Below, piece by piece: positions 52,149 through 59,980 of a stretch of DNA of 64,000 nt (positions are counted from its first letter, which is position 1; each line of letters starts with the position of its first letter). This DNA is from an uncultured SAR86 cluster bacterium (GTDB lineage Bacteria; Pseudomonadota; Gammaproteobacteria; Magnimaribacterales; D2472). Where the stretch lies: assembly GCA_902557645.1 (NCBI GenBank), contig CACEAP010000005.1:10181-74180 (forward strand), in the 5' to 3' direction. The notes under the pieces were generated by a model. It was not told the DNA's origin. It made no database searches and worked only from the letters and a program-made list of their open reading frames with translations. A program made the translations under genes and the position numbers.

Positions 52149-53101
52149 TGGCTAAAATTTTTATATCTATTTTATTAATTTTTGCTATACAGAATAATGC
52201 TCATGAATTTAATCCTGCTCATCTTGTTATAGAAGAATCAGATTCGGTTAATTACAATTATGAAGCAACATGGTTATACCCATTAAAAAATATCGGTAAG
52301 AGAGCTGAGTTAATCTTCCCGGATATATGTAAAATTGAAGCATTAGCACCTTATCCACAGGGCAAGTATTTAGTTGAAAAACTATCATTAAATTGTACTT
52401 CGACCTTAAAAGATCAAACTATTAAAGTAGAACATTTAAGTGTTTTAACTGATGCATTAGTTACAGTAAATTTTAGTGATAACTCAACTTTTGAAGGAAT
52501 TATGAACCTCAGAAACCCAAGTATTACTATTCCAATAAAAAAACAAGCTTTTCCAACAACATACTTTAAGCTAGGCATAGATCATCTGTTAAGCGGCATT
52601 GATCATATTTTGTTTATATTTGGTTTGTTGTTTCTTGTTACAGGGGTTATTAATATAATTAAGACAATAACCGCCTTTACTATTGCGCATAGCATAACCC
52701 TAGGCCTTTCTGTATTTAATTTAATTACTCTACCTCAGGCTACAATTGAAGTTTTAATAGCATTAACAATAGTTTATCTTGCAGTAGAAATAAGTAGCAA
52801 AAATAAATACTCAGCTACACCATGGTTTATGGCTTTTGGATTTGGATTACTTCACGGATTAGGCTTTGCAGGCGCTTTAGGTGAAATTGGCATAAGCAAT
52901 GATCAAATTTTATTATCATTATTATTTTTTAATATTGGTATCGAGGCTGGACAACTAGCATTAATACCAATTTTTGGATTTTTAATATGGACGGCAAATA
53001 AATACAAAATTTATACAAATGCTTCTATTGGCGCGTCATACTTGCTTGGCTCAATGGGTTTTTATTGGGTTATTAGTAGATTTATTGGCATAGTTACCTA
53101 A
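52145..53101 (+). CDS. HupE/UreJ family membrane protein
   Basis: AH after signal, GIDHLLSGIDH, TAFTIAHSITL, FGLLHGLGFA, FNIGIE. Confidence 0.87.
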   Translation: MMAKIFISILLIFAIQNNAHEFNPAHLVIEESDSVNYNYEATWLYPLKNIGKRAELIFPDICKIEALAPYPQGKYLVEKLSLNCTSTLKDQTIKVEHLSVLTDALVTVNFSDNSTFEGIMNLRNPSITIPIKKQAFPTTYFKLGIDHLLSGIDHILFIFGLLFLVTGVINIIKTITAFTIAHSITLGLSVFNLITLPQATIEVLIALTIVYLAVEISSKNKYSATPWFMAFGFGLLHGLGFAGALGEIGISNDQILLSLLFFNIGIEAGQLALIPIFGFLIWTANKYKIYTNASIGASYLLGSMGFYWVISRFIGIVT

Positions 53102-53154
53102 TTGATTTTTTGGCTTTTGATATAAAATAAATCCTTACATAGATAAGTTTAAAT

Positions 53155-54297
53155 ATGAATAAATTACATGATTTTGGTTTTGGTACACAAATAAGAAAAA
53201 GTCCCTTTTTTGATGCTACTGTAAGATGGGGTGCTCAAGGATTTTCTACTTACAATCACATGTATATACCTCGTGATTTTGGTAATCCAGAAGAAAATTT
53301 TTGGAATTTAGTAAATGATGCAATTCTATGTGACGTTGCTGTAGAAAGGCAGGTACAAATTAAAGGACCAGATGCATCACAATTTGTACAAATGATGTCA
53401 CCTCGTGATTTATCTAAAATGCAAGTTGGTCAATGTAAATATGTAATTTTAGTAAACGAAGCAGGTGGTATATTAAATGATCCAGTTTTGCTTAAAATTG
53501 CTGATGATTGTTATTGGTTTTCATTAGCTGATAGTGATATTTTGTTTTGGGCTCAAGGCCTAGCAGTAAATTCTAATTATGATATTAAAATTTCTGAACC
53601 TGATGTATCACCACTGCAACTTCAAGGGCCAAAATCTAAAGATATTATGGTAAATATATTTGGTAATACTATAAATGACTTAAAATATTTTTGGTTTAAA
53701 AAATTTAATCTAGGATCAATTGAATTAATAATATCGAGAACAGGTTGGTCGAGCGAGCTTGGCTATGAAATATTTCTTTTAAATTCTAATCAAGGTGATG
53801 AATTATATGAAAGCTTGATGCATGGTGGTAAAGATCTGGGCTTAAAAGCTGGTCACACTTCTACTATTAGAAGGTTAGAAGGTGCAATGCTTTCTTATCA
53901 TGCTGATATGGATATTAATACAAATCCTTTTGAGCTCGGCTTAGATAAATTCATTGATTTAGATGGCAATTTTAATTTTATTGGCAAAACTGCATTAAAA
54001 AATATTTTAAATGCAGGAATTGAAAGAAAACAAGTTGGTTTAATTATAGATGATAAGCCTTTATCTGGACCTAATACACGCTTTTGGGTTATTAAATCTA
54101 ATGAAGTTGAGATTGGTAAGGTTACTTCAGCAGTCTATTCACCAAGATTAAAACAAAATATTGCTCTTGCTATTATTTCTGCAGATCAAGCAAATATTGG
54201 AGATGAAGTTATTGTAGATAATGGGTCTGAGTTACTATCTGCGACTATCGTCGATAAACCATTTTATGACCCTAATAAAAATCTAGCAAAAGGTTAA
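53155..54297 (+). CDS. GcvT-family THF-dependent demethylase, DmdA-related
   Basis: YNHMYIP, CDVAVERQV, ILNDPV, LQGPKS, SRTGWSSELGYE, PFYDP. Confidence 0.8.
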   Translation: MNKLHDFGFGTQIRKSPFFDATVRWGAQGFSTYNHMYIPRDFGNPEENFWNLVNDAILCDVAVERQVQIKGPDASQFVQMMSPRDLSKMQVGQCKYVILVNEAGGILNDPVLLKIADDCYWFSLADSDILFWAQGLAVNSNYDIKISEPDVSPLQLQGPKSKDIMVNIFGNTINDLKYFWFKKFNLGSIELIISRTGWSSELGYEIFLLNSNQGDELYESLMHGGKDLGLKAGHTSTIRRLEGAMLSYHADMDINTNPFELGLDKFIDLDGNFNFIGKTALKNILNAGIERKQVGLIIDDKPLSGPNTRFWVIKSNEVEIGKVTSAVYSPRLKQNIALAIISADQANIGDEVIVDNGSELLSATIVDKPFYDPNKNLAKG

Positions 54298-54372
54298 TAT
54301 AACTACAAATTGATATTAACTTAAAAATCGATATTATTATCGTTATTTATATGAACAATTTATACTTTAATA

Positions 54373-55569
54373 ATGATTAGGCTTTCTAATAAAAAAATAC
54401 TGTTATGCATAACAGGCGGAATTGCTGCATATAAAACTCCTGAATTAACAAGGATTTTTAAAAAGAATGGTGCTGATGTTCGTATTATTATGACTGAGTC
54501 TTCAAAAGAATTTGTTGCACCATTAAGTCTTCAAGCAGTTTCTGGAAATCAAATTCATTATTCTCTCATTGATGAAGAGGCTGAGCTTGGTATGGGTCAT
54601 ATCGAATTAGCTAAATGGGCTGATGTTATATTAATTGCTCCTTGTACTGCAGAATCTATCTCAAGATTATCCCAAGGTAGAGCTAATGATCTAATGAGCG
54701 CAGTTATCTTGGCATCAGATGCTGATCTTTTTATAGCTCCAGCTATGAATGTTAAGATGTGGGGTGACAAGGTTACACAAAAAAATGTTAAAACTCTTAA
54801 AATAAAAAATGTAAACTTTATCGGGCCTGATAGTGGTGATCAGGCATGTGGTGATGTTGGTGAAGGAAGAATGTCGGAGCCACAAGATATAGCTTTTGCT
54901 ATAGCTAAGTCATTTTCATCATCTTATTTAAATGGCATGAGAATTTTAATTACAGCCGGACCAACAAAAGAAGCAATAGACCCTGTTAGATATTTAACAA
55001 ATAATAGTTCAGGGAAGATGGGTTATGCACTTGCTGAGTCAGCATTTTTAGCAGGGGCACAAGTAGATTTAGTTAGCGGACCAGTAAGTATAAATGCTTA
55101 TGAAGGCGTAAACTTGCACAAAATAAATAGTGCTGATGAGATGCTTGAAAAGATAAAAACTTTAATTAATGGTATAGATATATTTATAGGTTGTGCAGCT
55201 GTTGCAGACTTTAAACCTACCAACTATATTGATTCTAAAATTAAGAAAACTGATGAAAATAATATGTCTATTAATTTAACAAAGAACCCTGATATTCTTA
55301 AATATGCATCTGAAAACATGAAAGATAAAATTGTAATTGGTTTTAGTGCTGAAACAGATAATATTATTGAAAATGCTCGATTAAAATTATCTAAAAAAGA
55401 TTTAGATATGATTATTTGTAATGACGTTTCTGATTCAAGTATTGGATTTGATTCAGATAATAATGAAGTTCATATAATTACTAAAGATTATGAAAAAAAA
55501 CTTCATAAAAAATCAAAAATTAGAATTGCAAAAGAGATTTTAAAAAATATTGAACCATTAATTAATTAA
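54373..55569 (+). CDS. coaBC: Bifunctional phosphopantothenoylcysteine decarboxylase / synthetase
   Basis: GGIAAYK, HIELAKW, PAMN, QACGDVG, TAGPT, DPVRY, SSGKMG. Confidence 0.95.
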   Translation: MIRLSNKKILLCITGGIAAYKTPELTRIFKKNGADVRIIMTESSKEFVAPLSLQAVSGNQIHYSLIDEEAELGMGHIELAKWADVILIAPCTAESISRLSQGRANDLMSAVILASDADLFIAPAMNVKMWGDKVTQKNVKTLKIKNVNFIGPDSGDQACGDVGEGRMSEPQDIAFAIAKSFSSSYLNGMRILITAGPTKEAIDPVRYLTNNSSGKMGYALAESAFLAGAQVDLVSGPVSINAYEGVNLHKINSADEMLEKIKTLINGIDIFIGCAAVADFKPTNYIDSKIKKTDENNMSINLTKNPDILKYASENMKDKIVIGFSAETDNIIENARLKLSKKDLDMIICNDVSDSSIGFDSDNNEVHIITKDYEKKLHKKSKIRIAKEILKNIEPLIN

Positions 55570-56385
55570 ATGTCATTACAAAATAACAAACCTTTAACAA
55601 CAATATCTTCTTTGAATAATTTGAAATCAAAGTCTGAAAAATTTACTTGTCTTACTGCTTACGAATCAACTATGGCATCAGTAATTAGCAAAGCAGGTGT
55701 TGATGTTATATTAGTTGGGGATAGTCTAGGTATGGTTGTACAAGGGCACGATAGTACTCTGCCAGTTACAATGGATCAATTGATTTATCATTTAGAGTGC
55801 GTGGTCCAAGGCAATCAAGGTTCTCATATAATGGCTGACATGCCATTTATGAGTTATGCAACTGATGATCTTGGGTTTGAAAATGCTACTCGTCTTATGC
55901 AGAATGGAGCACATTCAGTAAAAATCGAGGGTGGTGAGTGGATTTGTAAAATGGCAAATACTTTAGCTGAAAGAGGTATACCTGTTTGTGCTCATATTGG
56001 ATTAACGCCACAGGCAATTAATCGAATTGGTGGATATTTTGTTCAAGGTCGTGATACTAACAAACAAGATTTAATGATTGCAGAGGCTAAAGCTCTTGAA
56101 GATGCTGGTGCGGCAATGCTCTTACTTGAGTGCGTTCCAGATAAACTAGCTGAAATAATTACGAATGAATTAAAGATTCCAGTAATTGGAATTGGAGCTG
56201 GAGCTAAAACTGATGGCCAGATTATGGTTATACATGATTTATTAGGAATTTCTTGCTTAGAATCTCCTCCAAAATTTGTTAAAGACTTTATGGAAGATGC
56301 AAGTTCTATTCATGATGCTATTGAAATGTATGTGAAGTCAGTTAAATCTGGATCATTTCCTGCAAAAGAACATACTTTTTATTAA
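55570..56385 (+). CDS. panB: 3-methyl-2-oxobutanoate hydroxymethyltransferase
   Basis: LVGDSLGM, DMPFMSY, VKIEGG, HIGLTPQ. Confidence 0.95.
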   Translation: MSLQNNKPLTTISSLNNLKSKSEKFTCLTAYESTMASVISKAGVDVILVGDSLGMVVQGHDSTLPVTMDQLIYHLECVVQGNQGSHIMADMPFMSYATDDLGFENATRLMQNGAHSVKIEGGEWICKMANTLAERGIPVCAHIGLTPQAINRIGGYFVQGRDTNKQDLMIAEAKALEDAGAAMLLLECVPDKLAEIITNELKIPVIGIGAGAKTDGQIMVIHDLLGISCLESPPKFVKDFMEDASSIHDAIEMYVKSVKSGSFPAKEHTFY

Positions 56386-56387
56386 GA

Positions 56388-57197
56388 TTGAAAGTAATAA
56401 GATCAGCATCAGATTACGATTTTATAAATAATAATAATATCTCAATAGTTCCAACTATGGGAAATCTCCATGATGGACATTTAGAATTAATAAAGTCTGC
56501 TAAAAGTAGTAATGCGTATGTAGTAGCTACAATTTTTATCAATCCACTTCAATTTAATGATAAAAATGATTATAAAAATTATCCCATAACTATAGAAGAA
56601 GATTTAAAAGCTCTTGAAACATCTGGTTGTGACCTAGTTTTTTTACCTAGCTCTAATATTTTAGATAATATTAAAACTATAAATGCACCTAATTCAGCAA
56701 ATATACTATGTGGCAAATCTAGACCAGGGCATTTTGATGGCGTATTAACAATTTTAAATAAGTTATTTCAATTAACTAATCCTAAAACTGCATATTTTGG
56801 TTTAAAAGACTATCAACAATATATTTTAGTTAAAGATTTTGCAGCTAAGAACTTTCCAGATCTTATTATTAATGGAATAAAGACCAAAAGGGATATAAAT
56901 GGATTAGCATTATCATCAAGAAATATCCATCTAAAAGAAGATCAATTAAAAATTGCTAGTAACATATACAAAGAATTGACATATATATCTAATCATTATT
57001 CTTATGCTAGTTATGATGATTTAATTAATCAGGCTATTACAAATCTTAGTGATCTGGGCTTTAATGTTGATTACTTATTAATATACGATGCATCAAGGTT
57101 AAATAATGTTACAAAATCATCAACAGAAATTCTGATAGCTATAGCAGTATATCTTGATGGGATAAGACTTATCGATAATATTATTAAAAAACTTTAA
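56388..57197 (+). CDS. panC: Pantoate--beta-alanine ligase
   Basis: PTMGNLHDGH, NPLQF, RPGHFDGV, KDYQQ, LSSRN, RLIDN. Confidence 0.95.
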   Translation: MKVIRSASDYDFINNNNISIVPTMGNLHDGHLELIKSAKSSNAYVVATIFINPLQFNDKNDYKNYPITIEEDLKALETSGCDLVFLPSSNILDNIKTINAPNSANILCGKSRPGHFDGVLTILNKLFQLTNPKTAYFGLKDYQQYILVKDFAAKNFPDLIINGIKTKRDINGLALSSRNIHLKEDQLKIASNIYKELTYISNHYSYASYDDLINQAITNLSDLGFNVDYLLIYDASRLNNVTKSSTEILIAIAVYLDGIRLIDNIIKKL

Positions 57198-57244
57198 TTT
57201 ATTTGAGTTTAAGCATTAATTAATAGATAATCATTTTTTTTATT

Positions 57245-57634
57245 ATGAAACAAACTTTCTTAAACGCTAAATTACATCGAGTAAATGTAACTCAAGTTGA
57301 GTTAGATTATGAAGGATCGTGTGCAGTTGATATTAATTTTTTAAAAGCTGCAGGAATGCAAGAGTATGAAAAAGTTGATATCTATAATGTTACTAATGGA
57401 GAAAGATTTTCAACTTATTTAATTTTAGCGGAAGAGAATTCTAAAACTATATCAGTTAATGGAGCAGCAGCCCATAAAGTCTCTTTAAACGATATTCTTA
57501 TTATTTGTACTTATTCATCTCTATCAGAAAAAGAAGTTGCAACGCACAAACCAACTTTAGTTTATTTTGATAAAAACAATAATATTACAGATATTAAAAA
57601 TTCAATTCCTGAACAAAAACTTCGCTCGGTTTAA
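57245..57634 (+). CDS. panD: Aspartate 1-decarboxylase
   Basis: KLHR, YEGS cleavage site, NGERFSTY, NGAAA. Confidence 0.95.
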   Translation: MKQTFLNAKLHRVNVTQVELDYEGSCAVDINFLKAAGMQEYEKVDIYNVTNGERFSTYLILAEENSKTISVNGAAAHKVSLNDILIICTYSSLSEKEVATHKPTLVYFDKNNNITDIKNSIPEQKLRSV

Positions 57635-57646
57635 TATATACATATT

Positions 57647-58633
57647 TTGAATATTAAATTTCTTCATTTAGTAATTTTAGTATTTCTTGTTTTTCCTGTT
57701 TCTTCAGAAGAAATTTTTTTTAATAATCATAATATTCACGGTGAAGATAGCACTTTTAAAGATTTCATAAAGTGGCAACTAAGTGGAAATAAACCTGATC
57801 GTTTCTCAATAGAAATGAGTGATGAATTTAATTTGTTGTTAAAAAAACCAAAAACACCGTATGCTGTTTGGGTAGGACATTCAAATTTTTTAATCAACAA
57901 TAATGATATAAATATTCTTACAGACCCTATTTTTTCAAAAAGAGCATCTCCTATTTCATTTGCTGGACCAAAGCGATTAATTCCGCCAGGAATTAACTTT
58001 AATTTACTCCCAGATATAGACGTTGTTACTGTCAGTCATGCTCACTACGATCATATGGATATACCAACATTAAAAAGATTATATGAAATTAATGAGAACA
58101 CATTATTTTTAGTACCTATGAATTCTGCAAAACTTTTACTATCAGCTGGAATTAAGAATGTAGTTGAAATGAACTGGTGGGATACCATATCTTTAAGTGA
58201 TACTTTAATTACATTTGTACCAGTGCATCATTGGTCTTCAAGAACACCTTTTGATAAAAATGAAACATTATGGGGAGGGTGGTGGTTTGAGCATTCATCT
58301 TTAAAATTAGTTCATTTAGGTGATACAGGTTACACATATGATTTTTTAACCATTAACAAAGAACTTGGCTCGCCAGATTTTGCTTTTATTCCAATTGGTG
58401 CTTATGAGCCTAGATCTATAATGAAAGATAGTCATTTAAATCCTGATGAAGCTATTCAAACTGCTTTAGATTTGAATGCTACTCATGCAATTGGTATGCA
58501 CTGGGGTACTTTTATGCTTACAGATGAGCCTGTACAAGAACCACCAGTTTTAGTTAAAAATAGATTAAAAGAACTTGATTTAGAAGGGTTATTTACAATT
58601 CCAATTCCAGGAAAAATTATTTCTCTGGAGTAA
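57647..58633 (+). CDS. MBL-fold metallohydrolase (NAPE-PLD / RomA-like)
   Basis: WVGHS, TDP, SHAHYDHMD, GDTGY, PIGAY, HWGTF. Confidence 0.87.
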   Translation: MNIKFLHLVILVFLVFPVSSEEIFFNNHNIHGEDSTFKDFIKWQLSGNKPDRFSIEMSDEFNLLLKKPKTPYAVWVGHSNFLINNNDINILTDPIFSKRASPISFAGPKRLIPPGINFNLLPDIDVVTVSHAHYDHMDIPTLKRLYEINENTLFLVPMNSAKLLLSAGIKNVVEMNWWDTISLSDTLITFVPVHHWSSRTPFDKNETLWGGWWFEHSSLKLVHLGDTGYTYDFLTINKELGSPDFAFIPIGAYEPRSIMKDSHLNPDEAIQTALDLNATHAIGMHWGTFMLTDEPVQEPPVLVKNRLKELDLEGLFTIPIPGKIISLE

Positions 58634-59975
58634 AACTTACTGGCATTTCTTGTATTGCATGTACAAAATTATTTGGTGCAACTTTCCAGTCTCCATCCAT
58701 TTTCATGTCAGGAAATCTTGTTAAGATCTGCTTATAAACTTCTTTTAGCTGCATCAAAGCTACTGGTTTTCCAATACAGGTATGTCGACCAAGACCAAAG
58801 GCTAGGTGCTTAATCGCATTATCACGTTCAATATCAAATTGATGTGGATTTTTAAATATTGACGGGTCTCTATTTGCAGCACCATACCACATAATTATTT
58901 TTTCTCCAGGACCTATTTTCTGATTACCAATAATAGTTTCACATTTAGTTGTTCTTCGCATATGAATAACTGGAGAAACCATTCTAATTGTTTCTTGAGC
59001 AAAATTTGATAAAAGCTCTAAGTTGTTAAGTAATTTAATTTTTTGATCTGGAAATTCAGTTAATAGTTTAATTGCTCCACTAATTGAATTTCTAGTTGTA
59101 TCATTACCAGCAAAAATAATTAATAACCATGAACCATCAAGATACTCTTGACTTAATTTATGACCATCTAATTCTGCATTGGCTATAGCAGATAAAAGAT
59201 CATTAGAAGGATTATTCCTTTTTTCTTGAAGTATATGCTTTCCATAATCGAACATTTCATTAACCATATTTTCAAAAAGTTCTATCATAGATGGATCAAC
59301 CTCCATCTCTTCTTCGTTTCCAGTGGTTTGTTTTAGATTTTCAGCACTTAAGTATTGTGCTAATTCTAGAAACTCCATCCAAGTTGCAAGTTTGTGTCTA
59401 TCTGCTTCAGGTATTCCTAATATCTCTGATAATGTAAAAATAGGAATTTGTTGTGATATATCTTTAACTAAATTACATTTACCAACTTTAGCAATAGCAT
59501 CAAGGAGTGATGAAACTTTAATCTCAACCTTTTTATGCAATTCATCAACATAACCAGGTTTAAAAAAAGGCATATGCTCTTTTCTTAAATCTAAATGAAA
59601 ACTGCCATCAAGATTAAGCATATGGTCTATAGATGTTTGCCATAACTTTGGATGTCTCGTTTCAGGATTTCCTAAAGTGATTAGATTTCCAGTAGCAATT
59701 TGAGATGAGTAAATAGATGGATTTGAAGATACTTCAACTATATCCTTGTATGATGTTAGCATCCATGAGCCTGGTTCTGTGTCCCATTCAGGAGGCTCTT
59801 GAAAATATATAGGACTATTTTTTCTTAACTCATCAAATTCTTCAAAAGGTTGGCCATTTGTAAACTTATGAATGTCATATAAATCTATTGGACTTTTATA
59901 ATTATAATAAGGCTCATAAGCATTAGCCTTAATTTTTGTATTAAGAGCAGTTTCACTTATAGGCGGATATGACAT
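58617..59975 (-). CDS. Cytochrome P450
   Basis: AGNDTT I-helix, ETIR (ExxR), FGLGRHTCIG heme ligand. Confidence 0.93.
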   Translation of the reverse strand: MSYPPISETALNTKIKANAYEPYYNYKSPIDLYDIHKFTNGQPFEEFDELRKNSPIYFQEPPEWDTEPGSWMLTSYKDIVEVSSNPSIYSSQIATGNLITLGNPETRHPKLWQTSIDHMLNLDGSFHLDLRKEHMPFFKPGYVDELHKKVEIKVSSLLDAIAKVGKCNLVKDISQQIPIFTLSEILGIPEADRHKLATWMEFLELAQYLSAENLKQTTGNEEEMEVDPSMIELFENMVNEMFDYGKHILQEKRNNPSNDLLSAIANAELDGHKLSQEYLDGSWLLIIFAGNDTTRNSISGAIKLLTEFPDQKIKLLNNLELLSNFAQETIRMVSPVIHMRRTTKCETIIGNQKIGPGEKIIMWYGAANRDPSIFKNPHQFDIERDNAIKHLAFGLGRHTCIGKPVALMQLKEVYKQILTRFPDMKMDGDWKVAPNNFVHAIQEMPVSFTPEK

Positions 59976-59980
59976 TTCTA

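Noticed and set aside
54373..57634. panBCD without panE
   Set aside because: Ketopantoate reductase is commonly unlinked or replaced by IlvC; not unusual
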